Origin: Tubulanus polymorphus
Taxonomy: Eukaryota; Animalia; Nemertea
DNA: 64,000 nucleotides
NCBI RefSeq assembly: GCF_964204645.1
Contig: NC_134028.1
Coordinates: 16,871,653 to 16,935,652, forward strand
Direction of reading: 5' to 3'
Made by a program: the position numbers and the translations under genes
In this document: piece by piece, positions 1 to 14,757 of the stretch
Layout of the letters: each line of letters begins with the position of its first letter
Position numbering within the stretch: the stretch's first letter is position 1
Notes under the pieces: generated by a model
Databases searched by the model: none
Seen by the model: the letters and a program-made list of their open reading frames with translations, nothing else
Told to the model about the DNA's origin: nothing

Positions 1-939
1 CGGTAATCAGGTGAACCGTAAAAGCGTTCAGTGCCTGTTTTACTTATCGTCACGTAAAAGTATCGCATTTCAATGCATATTCATTGCAACACAGTGATTT
101 TGTATGTACATTTGTACTACGATGAGTTTGTATGTATTTTATCGATCGGCTGCAGACACGCACGCACAGCAACAGTAGTAACGTATATAGGTCTACTTAC
201 TGTTGCTGCGTGTGTGTGGCGAACGCTTTCGGATATTATACACTACTTGGTGATGATTTTTAGTGAGCATTCATCGGCGCATTTTTACTGCAATAATTCA
301 GGGCTCGACCCGTAATGCATGAGATGCTGAATGTCATCAAATGAGGATGTACCACATTGGAACTAGCCATTACCTTCCAAAATATAATAGTCGTTCATGG
401 GTTCGAGATCGCTCTAAGTGCTCGGAAAACGTATTTAATTTCTAGAATTTTCTTGGGGGAGGACCCCCAAACCCCCCGAAATAGCTTCGCGCCTTCGGCG
501 CTCGCTAGTGCTGACGGCTAGGCCGTCAGCTGGTTCGCGTATGTCACTCAAGAAAAATAACCCGCGGATTATACAGGTCGGCGTTCTCATCTCCGGAGTT
601 TAGTCCTTCTAAAATCAATTTTATTTCATATTATTATTTCATATTTATCAGTGTTGCCTGCAATAAATTTACCTAAGAGTCTTGAACTCAACAACAAAGT
701 GATGACACCCGGCACCAGTCATTACTTCAATTATCTGCTTCGAGCGTCATCGCTAAATTAGTTATTTTTGGTCGTTTTTTGACATTTCTAGTAACCTTTA
801 GCGTTCGACGTGAGGTTTTATCGAATTCAACACATTGTCAGGATATCATACTCAAAGGATTATGCGTGCCGTTGCATTGTAAGTAAAATATTGCTAACTA
901 AAAACTTGAAGCGAGAGATTTTTATTGCAAATGAACTAG

Positions 940-1100
940 AACATGGCAGATTTAGGTTCCAATTTCCGGTTCTGACTAGCGCCATCAAACGAGTAATTCA
1001 AAAACTTGAATTTGTCGATATCCCGTATTGCCGCGATGATTGCTGATTAGATTTGATGATGTTGTTCACCGAAATCAGCAGATTTTACACATCCATGAAG
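940..1100 (+). pseudogene. Possible decayed hAT transposase C-terminal (dimerization) fragment
   Basis: FPVLTSAIKRVIQKLEFV followed by DDC*LDLMMLFTE loosely resembles the hAT motif PVSTASCERSFSKLK...DDRLSDLMLL; stops and frameshifts present. Confidence 0.25.
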
Positions 1101-1663
1101 TGTTCAAGGAAAACCTTACAGATGCATCAATCAGGTGGCGCCTATACATGACAAAGATAACATTCTGCGCCCGAGCTATTAAGATCCGTGGATCTCTTGT
1201 TGCATTCAAGAGTGAATATTTTCGCTGGATGCTGAAGTCAGTGTTTACATAATGAAGTGTCAAAACCAATTTACAAGTTGAAAGATTATATTTAGACAGT
1301 GTTTCACGCAAAACAACAACACTGGACTCATGAGATTATTCCAGATGACTAAAAATAATACATCTACAGACTCTGAAGAGTTTATAGGTGTACGAAATCA
1401 ATCGGATTGAATTTGCCACATGACATGATTATTCCCAAAATGAAACTGAAAACTCAAGAAAGGATTTAGTAAAAATGATTAAAGTTGGTTTGCTATATCC
1501 TTTAATGAATGGTCGGTTGATGGAATATTATTCACTTCTGAATGCAGTAGTCGCTTGACATCAATTACTCATAAGGCTGAGTGATAGAAACAACAGGGAT
1601 CCAGATATGTTAGTGTGACAACTCTTTGATGCACAGTGGTCATAATTACTGGGATAGACTCAA

Positions 1664-1951
1664 CCCTTTCAGTGCTGACTAATCAAAACCCTATAGTGCT
1701 GGAGATAATTTGAAAATTTTGAAAAATTCCACCCTAGTGTGTTGCATAACGGGGATACCACTATAGTGCATATACACCGCGGCGCGGTATATTGTTAGTT
1801 ACTAATATTTCACTATGTTTGACAAGTGCTGCCATCTTTCAATAGAGATAAAAACTAATTACTAATTACATCAATACACCGTAGTGCGGTGTACTAGCAA
1901 AATTCATCACCGATTCATACACTGCACTGCAGTATAGACGCACTGAAAGGG
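1664..1951. mobile_element. piggyBac-type MITE
   Basis: TIR CCCTTTCAGTGC (1664) / GCACTGAAAGGG (ends 1951), flanked by TCAA and TTAA (degenerate TTAA TSD); non-coding interior. Confidence 0.65.
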
Positions 1952-3102
1952 TTAAGGGGGAGTAATCACTATATGGTTACTTAACAGAAACATTCCGTTC
2001 TCGACATTTCTCCGGGCAACAAATGGTAAACAAGTAGATAGTAAGAACGGAGAGATATATGACTAGTTATTACAATTGATTAAGTAAATAAAGCTTATGG
2101 AATCAATGAACGATGAAACGAAATTCGCCGTCATTCCCATAATTTAGTTTCGTTACGTTCACAAGCTTCCAGTTAATTTTACGTTTTTGGCCGTCGTGTA
2201 CAAGTACAACGTCTCCTGATCGAATCTCGCTTGTCGTGCTATTTTTACGCGCGGGCAGATGACGTTCACGTAGCGCGATAACGTTTTTGTTGGCTCAACG
2301 ACACCGTAAATCGAAGAGTTCCATCACTGTGTGCGCGTTTCTGGAGGTTTTTTGGGTTTTATGAAATGTAGGCGGAAGGCGAGGTTGGCGATGATTCAGA
2401 GGGCATTAAATGGAGTATCACAAACAATTTTTAAACATTTTCTTGCCAATTATTAAACGCTCCAAACCCAAGCCTGCTGTGCAACGGTATGGGGAATGAT
2501 CTTGAATTTTGATATCTGGAAATATAGCTAGGTGCTGGCTACACTGGTTACGGTATATAGTGATAAAGAGAATCATGCATGCTATTTTAGCCTGCTGGCT
2601 ATAGTGCGTATGAATGCAAATGAAAGTTTTTTTCTTGATAATGTAATTTAACCCTTTCAGTACTTAATATACCGACCCATTGTACTGAGCTTTGAAATAG
2701 AGAAATTTTGGTGATTTTACTACGATCCCTGGGATAATGATACCATGTAAGTGTTATGAAAAAGGTACTGTACCCACAGAGGGAAACGTTGTGGCCTTAC
2801 ATTTCGGTGATAAAAAATTAATTTTTATCCTAATAATGTGCGTCACGTGACCTAATTAGCGTAATTTATATAGTTTTACAGAAAAATCTCAAATGAAATT
2901 CAGATTTCCTACCAAATACTAAACAAAGCCGGCTTTTCAATTCTGCATTATGTTCTGATTATTATCTGAGAATTTAATGGTAAAATTCCCATGGATAAAA
3001 AAATTATGGCTGTTTTAGTGAAGCAAGGTAGTCAGCACAATAAGAGAAATACATTAAATAATATCGATCCACTGAATATATTTCGAAACAACTTTGTACT
3101 AA

Positions 3103-4308
3103 CAGGGCTGCCAACCCTCCCGAATTATTCGGAATCCTCCCGATTTGCGTGAAGAAATTCCGACGATACGATCGGGTATACAAAATTCCGACTTTTTTTT
3201 TCTTTTTCGGCGATGTCCGATTTTCCACCCGCCAGCGCGTTGTAACACAATAAAATGATTTGGTAGAACAGAATTGAATAGGTGGGGAATTTATATGCAC
3301 GCCCGCGGTGGATGAGTGCGTGGCTATATACTGTGTACGTGGGTCAGGCGATAAACAGCGCTTACTAGCGCGCGCGTGCGTGCGTGTGTGTGTATGAGAG
3401 TAGCTGTGTTATTGATTTTACCTACGCATGGCGTACGATTATTTCGTAGTAGGAGAGCAGCTTTTTAATTTGTTTCAAGAATAAAAATAAAGTTCATTCG
3501 TTTTAAAATACGTTGTTTTCAATCATTTTTGTGACAATATTATGACATGTGGCAAAATGTGATTGTTATTGTCAAATTGCTCCGCATCGTTTCGGAGAAG
3601 AATCAGTTTACTGCGGTAATTAGCTCGTTTTCGCAGCGCGATTAGCATTCGAAGATCCGGGTTAGATTTCAACGTGTGGACTCTTTGAAATGTTTCGGTA
3701 AGCAATTGCTTTGCTAGTTTGAACCTTAATGTTGTCACTCTTGTGTTAGTTTGATTTAAAAAGATAATTTAAGATGCTTTTGAGCAGTGCATCTCAAAGT
3801 AAACTTCTAGTTCGCATATTTGGCAGATGGCAGCACCATCGAGTAGCATGTAGATTTAGAGACTTTTTACTGTTTGTATCTTTCAGTTCTGTACGTGGAG
3901 TCTCTCTTGGACAGTATCGTGGAATTGATGCTGGAAATGGATATATTCGCATGACAGCTGTATAGTGTTATGTAATTCGTTTGACAATTTATGCCAGTTT
4001 TATGTTCTTATTTTTTAGTCTACTGTATATTTTTGATAAACACTGTTGATTTTTATCTTTCATAAAATAATAAAGAAAAAATACATTCTGTAGAATTTGC
4101 TGATTTTTTATTTTGCTAATAATTCCATATTTTCATATCCAGCTTTCATATATTACACGTGAAAGGTATTCCTAATTGAAAGCAAAATATTCCTACTTGG
4201 AAAAGTCACAATTTCTTCGGTTTCGATATATTCCTATTGAAACCTTCAATATTCCTAATTAATCTGCCATTCATCCCTAAATGGAATTTTGAAAGGTTGG
4301 CAGCCCTG
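3103..4308. mobile_element. Non-autonomous hAT-like DNA transposon
   Basis: 14-bp TIR CAGGGCTGCCAACC / GGTTGGCAGCCCTG; interior minus-strand fragment (3523-3738) weakly like a hAT C-terminus; no clean 8-bp TSD seen. Confidence 0.6.
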
Positions 4309-5136
4309 TACAAAGTAGCTGAAGTAATAAGAAGGGTTTGCGATAGATAGGCGCATGGGTATTATGAAAATGTGAGTCCCCAGTGACTGTCAACTGCATA
4401 GTGAAGCTGTGGTACAAAAGTCACCGAAGACCGTGTCCCACTTAATGAAAGGGATAATTTATCGTGAATAATCATTGATTAACTATTATGGCAGAAAATT
4501 AGCAGTGTGTGTGTGTGTTTTCTGTTGTAGAATTTGTTATAAACCAAAACATTGTTGATGAATATCTCTGGTAACCTGAAATACCAAATGCTAATTTTAT
4601 GCAAAGACCATAAATGTATATTTTTGGCCTATTTGACTACAAAATAATTCTTTCTGCAATAAACCCAGTTGCGTCGGTAGGCATTGCGTTGCTTGTCCAA
4701 ACTCGTTTGGTGAGTTCAGCTCGGCCAGGTCAATACTTTTTCAGTACTCACTTACTATCTTGAGTGATTGGTGATACATTTTGATTTTTTTTTTTTGAAA
4801 AAAAAACTTTCATATCGTGAAAAATATTTTAATATTGGAGAAAATAGTGTTTTCGAAAAAGAATTTTTTCCCTACCTACCTACCTACATGTTCCCTTCCT
4901 AATTCTTGGCAATACAATAAACAAATGTATATTTTTGGCCTATTCGACTACAAAATAATTCTTTGAAAATTCTTTGAAAAAGAAGATTTTGGCAAATGAG
5001 CTCCAGCCTTTCAAGGTGAACCACTTTGCCCATAAGGATTTATTTCTATATTTGTTGACCAGGGGAATTGATTTGCCAAGCATTCCACCAAATTAATGGT
5101 GTACCTAGTCCTTAGTTGTATAATCTTTATTTACAG

Positions 5137-5349
5137 CATTGCCATTGCCTCCGGAAGATATAAATGCTATGGGTCTACCACCACCCCCATCAATGATGGG
5201 GAATAATTTCTTCAATCTGGGTGGACCTAGAATGATGCCCCCTGGAATGTTAGGAACGACCACAGCCACACAAGCGGCAATGGGAGCTGGAGCACCACAA
5301 CGTATGCCTCCTCCATATCAATTTATGAGTCATGGACCTCCGCCACCAG
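5137..5349 (+). CDS. RBM22: Penultimate exon of RBM22-like pre-mRNA splicing factor (Pro-rich tail)
   Basis: tttatttacag acceptor and G|gtaagt donor; ALPLPP...NNFFNL resembles the RBM22 ALPPPP...ANYFNL segment; phase 1 matches the next exon. Confidence 0.75.
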
Positions 5350-6237
5350 GTAAGTGATGCAGCTGCAATTATTATGCATGAACTAGATAACCCATCTCCT
5401 GAAAATTTTAATGAAAAGCCCAAAAAAGGTGAAAAGCCCTCATGGAATCCCTTTAGCTTATTGCTAAAATACTCCTACAAATCTCACTGGCCCTAATCTT
5501 CATTTTTTACTTTGAAGTTGTCACTTGTCTCCGTGCACTTGTTGATTTTTTGGATTTTAAAATTGCATCGTGGAAATGATAAGCAAATTCATGGCTTATC
5601 TCTCAATCAAATTGAAATCTTAAAAATGGCATGAGAATGTTCCTTCAGATCGTATAGCTGGAATATGGACCACCACATGTGAAACGTTCTTCTTTTCACA
5701 TCGTCTTTATTTACCCCTTTCCATATACCGCTATCAAGAAATGTACTGACTGACTATGAATTATGAGATTTTCCAATCATTCCCTAATTGGACATATAGT
5801 TATTGTCGAATCATGAATGCTTTCTTCGGGGGTTATTGGAATTGATGCCTTGTGGAAATGTAGCCATTCTACCCCTGGGATGGACTGTCATCACACTTTG
5901 GGAATCCAACTGCATATTTTATCGGTGCTGTACTCGTCTAAAATGTATAGAACCAGGATCTGACTGAAGCCTAGCTGCATTCATCAATGATTTGTTTATC
6001 TGGGTAACAATAAAACTTATTCTAGCGAAGTCAGATGGGGTTTATATGACTGCAGTGAAATAAAATTATTCCTGTGGAGTATTAGCCACAATGAGAAAAA
6101 AATACTTATTTGATCAAATTATACATGTAACATTGGTTTTACTATCGTAAAAAACATGCGTTATTTGAACACATGTTTTATACGACTACAGTAAAACCCA
6201 CTTAATCTGTATGAAGTGTGAATTTTGTATGTTGCAG

Positions 6238-6446
6238 GATTACGTCTACCACCACCACCACCTGGTATGATGCCTATGAGACCTCCACCAAGACCTCCTC
6301 TTTTTGGCCCTAGTACAACATCGCAGATACATTACCCTTCTCAAGACCCGACACGTATGGGAGCAGTAGCTCCACCTGGAACATTGGCTACTCCACAGAA
6401 TCTTGAACCAGCATCGACTCTTCAACAAACACCAACTCCTTCTTAA
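6238..6446 (+). CDS. RBM22: Terminal coding exon of RBM22-like gene
   Basis: gttgcag acceptor; IHYPSQDPTRMGA matches the conserved RBM22 C-terminal motif IHYPSQDPQRMGA; stop TAA; AATAAA near 6515 and 7151. Confidence 0.85.
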
Positions 6447-8111
6447 TGAATCAATGACCAAGCAGCAACTTCTAAATTCATGCTGTAAAACTGCATTGAA
6501 TTGCATTTGTGAAAAATAAATTATGAATTACCAACTCAAATGTTCATGAGAGTGTTATTGGTATTGGATCATTGGTTTTATTCTCTCGATTATTTGCTGT
6601 AGGCGATTTAAAAGAGGATAGTGACACTTCAGTAATACATGTAAACTGATCACCCAGAAATGAGGAAATTATCATACAAAAAAAAACATAAGCAAAATAT
6701 TTCAGAAGGAGTTCAATATGTGCATGAGTTACCCGTATATTGCAATGCATAATTGTATATCCACATAGGTTCTATGTAGCTGTCAATTTTGTGTCTGTAC
6801 CCTACCCCCTCAGACAATCAACGTAGGTCTTGCCAATGACTTCAGGATCAGTTCATGTTAGGATGGGGATAGCCTGTCGGTAACATGTGTAAGGTTGCAT
6901 CTTTTGGATGTTGAATGTCTAGCATTTCACCACTAGGTCAGGATGGCGAATGTCTGTCTAACATATTGCAATTGAAATGATTATCTGTCTGTGTGGTGTT
7001 AAAATTTTATGATTTTGTTTATTCAGGTTGGGCTTTTCAGCAGCGCACACCAACCTTGGTTGAGTATGCGTGACCATTCTTGATATTGGTATTCATGCGT
7101 GCTATGACGATAATTCCATTCATTTCTTGTTGACACCATGAAGATTTTACAATAAAACATTTACTTTTGCATTTTGAAAATTCTTTTAATTTTCATTTAC
7201 TTTCATTTGGTGCTTGCATTTGCGGCCATTTGAAAAGCACTCATTGTATGATCATTTATAATCTTCCTATTTATCTTGTAAACCGCATGTTTTTTTTAAA
7301 CCGCATTTCTGCGAAATAGATTCTGGATTGAATTGACTGGTTCCCTGTCTTTAGCAAGCCAGGCGCTACAGTATGGTGGCATCAGACTATCAAATGATCA
7401 AAGTAGATTGTCATTTGAAGGATATGCAACTTATTCTTGCTTTATGTATTTATAACATGTATATTGGGATGGATTTACGATTTGGGTGGCTGACAAGAAA
7501 TCAAGTCCAGTGAGCAGTGCAGCGACAAAGTCCGGGTGGGGGAGCTCGAGATGTTTAGAAAATTTTGAAAAATCCTCAGGAAAGTGGTGAAATTATGACA
7601 GCTTGCTGAGTAGTGTCAGTTCAGGTGGAATTGTTGATAATTTCAATGAGATAACCCGCACGATTGATTTGAGGAAACTTAGCTTTACTAGTGCCGAGTA
7701 TTGGATATATTGGTTTCTTATTTTGCTATGTAATTTTAATGGAAATAGCAGGATTTAACAGTTATCCCTCAAGCCCATCCACCCTGACACTTTATTTGTA
7801 TGCTGCACAAAAGTTATAGTGGGATTCGAACACAATAGCTTATGGTAAACGAGACAAACAAGTCCTTAGAATTCTATTAATCACAGATGTAGAAAAGGGC
7901 ACATTTTACAAGACGAGGCAGATAATTTCAGAGTAAAAGGGCATTCATTCGTCCATCAATACTGAATAAACAAGAAAGGGCACTTTTAGTCCTTTTTAAT
8001 CAATCCCAAAAGTAGGAAGGTGCATATTTTACAGGACGAGGCAGATATTTTTCAAGAAGATTCACCATTCTTCAGGATTTAGTCATTATTGCCTTGAAAC
8101 TACATCTTGAT

Positions 8112-8259
8112 GCAGTAAATTTCTTGGAAAGCACAATTTGCATCAGGACTTCATTAATTATAGTCTACCTCGGATGAAACGTAGCAGTAAATTTCTTGGA
8201 AAGCACAATTAGCATCAGGACTTCATTAATTACAGTTTACCTCGGATGTAACGTAGCAG
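8112..8259. repeat. 72-bp tandem duplication
   Basis: Two near-identical copies of gcagtaaatttcttggaaagcacaatt...cctcggatgwaacgta. Confidence 0.85.
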
Positions 8260-8667
8260 TTGGGACCAGATAATTTATATGATATAACTGAAATGCGGTA
8301 TACGTGTAAACCGTAGAACCTTTATTATATTTGAATGTCATTTAAAACCAAGGGATATTCATGCATGCTTGTGTGCATAAAAATACTTCAATGTGTTTAA
8401 TAATCAGAGAAGAAATAAGTGGCTTTAAATTCCATTCATGTTTCATGGCCTTTGTATGCGAATGCATCTGCTTATCATAGATCTAAAGTCCATGGCTATA
8501 TCTAAATGATCCCATATTAATGAATAATTATTTCTGCCCGTGTAATTGCTTTTTTGTTTACTCGATTATAAAGGAGCATTAGTCTCTTTTTTGCTAATAT
8601 TTTGTGAAAAAATATAACACTAACATAGATTAAAGTATACTAGAAATAGTACAGTTGCAGTTGCAAA

Positions 8668-10120
8668 ACCCACGTTATGGTGGTAACCTGATACCTGCAT
8701 TACGGTGGTATCCTGATGCCCACGTAAGAGCAGTAGCTCGATACCCGTATTAGGGCAGTAGCCTGGTACCCGCATTAGGGCAGTAACCTGATGCCCACGT
8801 TACGGTGAAAGCCTGATGCGCATATTAAAGCAGAAGCTTGATACCCACATTAGGGCAGTTGCCTGATATCCGCGTTACGGAAGTAGCCTGATACCCGCGT
8901 TACGGAAATAGCCAGATATCTGCATGAGTAGTAAGAGCATAAGAGCTGTAGCTTGATACCCGGGTTACGGTGGTAGCCTGATGCCCACGTTAAAACAGTA
9001 GCTCGATACCCGTATTAGGGCAGTAGCCTGATATCTGCTTTACGGTGGTAGCCTAATGCCCGCGTTAAAGCTGTAGCCCAATACCCGCATTAGGGCAGTA
9101 GCCTGATACCCGCGTTAGTACCCGCGTTGAAGCAGTAGCCTGATACCCGCGCTAGTACCGGCCTTAAAGCAGTAGCCGGATACCTGCATTAGTATCCGCG
9201 TAAGAGCAATAGCCTGATACCTGCATTAGTACCCGCGTAAGAGAAATAGCTAGATACCCGCATTATGATGGTAGCCTGATCCCGCGTTAGGGCAGTAGCC
9301 TGATACCCGCGCTATTACCCGGTTAAGGTGGTAGCCTAATGCCCACGTTAAAGCTGTAGCTCGATACCGGCATTAGGGCAGTAGCCTGATACCTGCTTTA
9401 CGGTGGTAGCCTAATGCCCACATTTAAGCTGTAGCTCAATACCCGCATTAGGGCAGTAGCCTGATACCCGCGCTAGTACCCGCGTTACGGTGGTCGCCTG
9501 ATGCCAACATAAAAGCAGTAACTTGATACCCGCATTAGGGCAGTGACTTGATACCCGTGTTACGGCAGTAGCCTGATACCTGCATTAGTACCCGCGTAAG
9601 AGCATTAGCTTGATACCCGTGTTACGATGGTAGCCTGATACCCGCATTAGGGCAGTAGCCTGATACCCGCGTTACGGTGGTAGCCTAATGCCTGCGTCAA
9701 AGCAGAAGCTTGATACCCCATAAGGGCAGTAACCTGATATCCGCATTAGGGCAGTAGCCTGATACCCGCGTTACGGTAGTAGCCTAATGCCCACGTTAAA
9801 GCTGTAGCTCGATACCCGCATTAGGGCAGTAGCCTTATGCCCACGTTAAAGCAGTAGCTTGGTACCCGCATTAGGGCAGTAGCCTGATACCCGCGTTACG
9901 GCGGTAGCCTAATGCCCATGTTAAAGCTGTAGCTCGATACCCGCGTTAGGGCAGTTGCCTGATACCTGCGTTAGAGGAGTAGCTGTTACCCTCATAATGA
10001 CAGTAGTTTAATACCCGGGTTAGTACCCGCGTAAGAGCAGTAGCCTGATACCCGCATTACGGTAGTAGCCTGGAACCCGCATTAGGACAGTAGCCCGATA
10101 CCTGCGTTAAAGCAGAAGCG
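8668..10120. repeat. 25-bp minisatellite (consensus GATACCCGCATTAGGGCAGTAGCCT), roughly 55 units
   Basis: Visible tandem array with alternating variants and occasional ~13-bp AGTACCCGCG inserts. Confidence 0.95.
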
Positions 10121-11179
10121 TTAAAGAAAGTTATATTCTTGATAATGATATGGATTATCGGTTGTCGATGGTATTGTTTTATTTGACTGGGAATCAACTT
10201 TATAAGCTTATCTTTATTTGTAGATTTTGCTGTTCTCACGATGCTGATCTACGGATTTTTGTTGGTCATGCTTAATAAGACAAGGCAGACGGCCCTTGCA
10301 AAACGGTTGAAGTATTTACCGATTACCGTATACTGTTGATATCATCAAGTGAGAGTGAACCGACTGAATTCATGGTTTTTACCATACAACCAGTGTAGCA
10401 GATAGCCACATCTTAAAGTTGAAGCATTTCTGAACTGTACCATGAATCACATTGGAGGAATAAACGATGACTATAGCACCTAAATAAAAAGTTTTATATC
10501 TTACCAAAAGTCTATTATGCAAGCATAGCCAGCGCTAACAGTCAGAAGCAAAAATACATCACCACCCAAATATTTTTAAGATTTTAGTGTGTGAGATAGA
10601 TGCAATTTTCAAACAGTTGAGTGAGACCATATGATATTGACCATTTAGAATCATCTATGCCTTTTTGGCATAGAATCGCACAAAATATTTACAACAAAAT
10701 TCCATTATTATATGCCCTTGTTATAAAGCTGAGCAGTTGGATCAAAAATTTCCCTCTGGAGCAAAATGGTGCCCTATTCAGAGCAATTCAATGGACAATT
10801 AAGTGCCCTTTTTCAAAGGTCTGGGCCAGCCCTTCAAAAATCCTGGATACGAAAGTTGCTCCTTTTGAGTAAGTATGCCACATGATTGGATAATTTCAAT
10901 GGCATTTCAAAACCTTGGCTATTGCTCGTCCCGCAGGTGCGACCTCCTGGTTCCAAGCCTGTTGGCATTGATAGTATGTTGTGTGATAATATTCAGCTGT
11001 CATTGAATCTTATGTTACAGTGAGTTGTATGGAGATGAATCTGAGTGGTGAAGTCTTTCTAACACTCATGTACCTGGAAGTTGTTTGAATGATAGGTTGT
11101 TGTTGATAGCAGAATTTGAAAACTGTATGGGACCAGTTTGTGAATTATGGTATGTATCTAGGAGATTCAACTCAAAAAC

Positions 11180-11540
11180 TAGGGGTCTAGGGACACCATG
11201 CCCACTTGGGAAATGGTTTGAAATGCTCAACAATCTAACTATTTCAATATTCAACGCCCATACTGAAACCAATGACCTTGAAACCACAAACATAGTGAAC
11301 ATGTGTCATGAACTACAACAATTGATTGTAGTAACAAAATATGCCAACATGATATGGAAATACAGCGTTTCTAACGCCACTTGAAAGTACAGTAGACTCC
11401 GCCTTAACCAGTACAGTTAGGACCTTCATCATGGTCATTGTTTTCTTTAAATGTTCACCTAGGGGCATTGAATATTGAAATTGTCAGATTGTTCAGTATT
11501 TCAAAACACAGGCCAAGTAGACAGGGGTGCCCTAGGGATT
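11180..11540. repeat. Dispersed repeat related to the ~154-bp unit array at 42570-43200, with an inverted partial copy
   Basis: Shares gggacaccatgccc.cttgggaa..gttt.aaatgctcaacaa and atgaccttgaaac..cacaa.catag with 42577-43200; 11430-11540 is an inverted partial copy. Confidence 0.7.
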
Positions 11541-13849
11541 AGGCTGGTATTTCTGACTTGCTACTAGTGTTAAAACAGTGTTTTTCAGATCACCATCAAG
11601 TTGGGTAATGGATGTTTTATGGAGTTAATATAGTTATCTTTTAGTGTTATGGAGTTACAGTTAAGAATAATGGAGTTATCACAGCGGAGGTCATCCTCGC
11701 TTGCCAGGGTTTGATTGTCTCCCGCCAAAGCGCAACACAAACCCTTACCACAAACCCTTCATTGGTCTATTGTAATGCCTTGTATACGGATATGTTCTTC
11801 CATATATACTGGTTAAAAATGAAATGACCCAGTATGTGATATAAATGTTCAATCAAAAAGTAGAAATTGAATCAATAATTCAGTATGGTAGGCCTATTGT
11901 TACAACATCAAACACTCAAATTCAATCCTTTGTTAAATTGGTAGCCAGTGTAGATGAGCAAGTATCGTGGTCCCTGATTTTAGTTATGGTAATAATTCAA
12001 GCCACGCGATATTGAACTGTTCAACAAGTTGGAGTTTGTCTAAAGATGAATGAGTTTGAAATGGAGTGGACTTCAGATATTACTGTTTGCATGTCTATGT
12101 CTATTACTTAATCTTTTTACTAATCTCTACGGTTGGTTTTAGATTGTATCTCTCCGCGGCAGAGGTAATCACGGATATCGGACTGCAAAAAAATTCCAAA
12201 GCTCAGCTTTGTTAATTCCTGGAAAAGCTCGCCTCGGATATTTCAATAATGATTAAACATTAATTTTCCCAACGAAATACCTAAACATCCAATGTACTAT
12301 CGTTGCTTTTTCTAGCTATTTGTACTGTTTGCCGCAAAAAGATTGCATCCTCTATTACAGGAATTAAGGATACAACTCTGGGACCAGTTAGATTAAATTA
12401 ACCATTATACAATATGATACATGACCAAATACACTGTTAATATGAAAAAGATCCACTATGTACACATTTCAAATCTCAAACCAAGTTTTATCATTAGAAA
12501 ATTACGACACAACGTTCGATCTCTCACTAGAGATCATCTTTTTGAATTTGTACACAGTGGGTTTTCGTATCGTATTATCGTATTATCAATTCTCCGCATT
12601 TGAGTGTGACTTTTCTACAAATACAAAGTTATTTTAGCAATGAAGTTTTAATTGTCATTTTAAATGATAACTATCCACTGGTAAATAAACTTACTAACTT
12701 TTGGCAACTGACCTTAGATCATGGAATGGGCTCAGGTGGCCTGCTGATCCACTCTTTATTAATACTACTAAAGAAATATACAGTATAAGAAGTAAAAAGT
12801 ATATTAAAGTACTATTTATCTTTATATCGCAATAAGTTGTGTACGTATGATTGAAAAACGATATTCTATGGAGTCTCATGTTACGTACTTATGATTATTG
12901 TGTATAAGATCAATAATTACCAACCTTCCACGGATACGAAGCTGCCTAAGTTCCTACATCCTACCATAATTTTCTCTAAACTCTCAGCATTATTTCAAGG
13001 TCGGTCTTAGAAAATATATGAAGGACGTGTTCGCAGGTTAACGAGGCCAAAAATCTTCCTCAAAATTTCAAATTTTTACAAGCAAAGATAATATACTTCA
13101 TGCTTTTGGTGCAGAAATAATGCATGTCCATAAATTGCAAATTGTGTTTTCAAAGTAAACGATTCGAATGTGGAATCGTTTCGAATTCAGGGTTCTCCCA
13201 TTGACTCTCCGGTATTTTACAATTGCTTCAATAACATAAGTCGCACTTTTGTTGTGATACAGCTTTCTCTATTGGTCAGCGTTGTGATCACTCAAAATTA
13301 CCCATAAGTTTGAACTCTCACTGAACTACTACATCCCTTATAACAAATATATATTTCATATTAGGCGATTAACTTTGATCTGTGGTCAGTGGACAGCAGC
13401 TACGAAACATTTAAAACTACTACATTATCTTCCATCTATTCATTATTCATATATATGATATGATATGATATCTTCTTTAATGTACAGTTTAAACGTCTTG
13501 AACGCAAAAGTTTGACAAGTTTCGCATAATGGTAACAACGATACGCCCGTTCACGCGACTGAAATGTGCACGTTACAGGCTCAAATGCGCACGTTACAAT
13601 TACAAATCGAAACGTTGTTCGTTCAAAACCCCACGTGAAAATGTTTTGCATTTAGTGGGAAATTTCAAAGTTAGCTCGCTTCCTACGATAAAAATCAGAC
13701 AAGACTTTTTAAGCGACAAATTTAACAAGAGTAGTACTAACGAAGGATTCAGGCAATACCCCGTGTTATTTCTAAAAACATATAACCGGTAGACAGTACT
13801 GGTGTAGCTTGTACAGGTGAAAGAGTTGTTATATTTACGTTCAGGCCGA

Positions 13850-14410
13850 ATGAAATTATTTGATACGAGACACGACTAAGTTGTTTCCGAAACAGATAAA
13901 TATAGCTATGTGGTCAGTATTGGTCAAGATTTGGTCAGTTGAATAGTTGTTAGATGAAAGCCCACACCATTTCTAATTATTTGACACCAAACACGACTGT
14001 GTTGCTTCTAGAATAGACAAATTACTTTAAGGTCAGTATTGGTCAAAAATTGGTCAGTTAGATAGTTGTTAGATCATAGCCCGCACCGTATCTAGTAGCT
14101 GGACGCCCAAACACCATTTTATTGCTTTACTAAACATATAAATTACTTATGGTGGGTTCTAGTTAGTGGTAACTGGTCAGTACTGGTCAAGCATTGGTCA
14201 GTTAAACAATTTTTAGTTTAATGTCCACATCATATCTAGTTATTTGACACCAAACAACTTAATTGTTTGCAAAACAGATAATTTACTATATAGCCAGTAC
14301 TGGTCATGCATTGGTTAGACCAAGGTCCACGCCACGAGTTATTTGATACTAAACATGATTGTGATGTTTCCAAAAATTTATCTGTTCGGCAATTTGTGGT
14401 CAGCCCTGGT
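13850..14410. repeat. Degenerate ~115-140-bp tandem repeat rich in TGGTCAGT motifs
   Basis: Recurrent ggtcagtattggtcaa...ttggtcagtt...tagttgttagat...atttgacaccaaaca. Confidence 0.7.
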
Positions 14411-14757
14411 TCGATAGTTAATGGAAATGAAGATCGGTGTTAACCAATAGTCCTTAGTCTGAATAAAATGTATGTGGTATTATATGGGTGCTATGGTGCT
14501 GTACACCGAAATGTAACTTTTTATTTTCACTACTACCGTAATTGACTATGATGTTTTTCAAGTGGTCTTAAGTACCGCTAATAGCCGAAAGTCGTTGATT
14601 TATCTGAAATTTACATACAGCGCCACCCGTTGGTAGTAAAACTAACCCGAGCAATACGGGTGTTAAATAGATACGCTAGCCAACCGGCATTCTCATAATG
14701 TGTTTTTTTATCTCCAGCATCCAGTTGCGCAGTCATAGCTTTGAAATGTAACGCAGA

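Noticed and set aside
8668-10120. CRISPR-like array
   Set aside because: Units are contiguous with no unique spacers, no cas genes are present, and the context is eukaryotic
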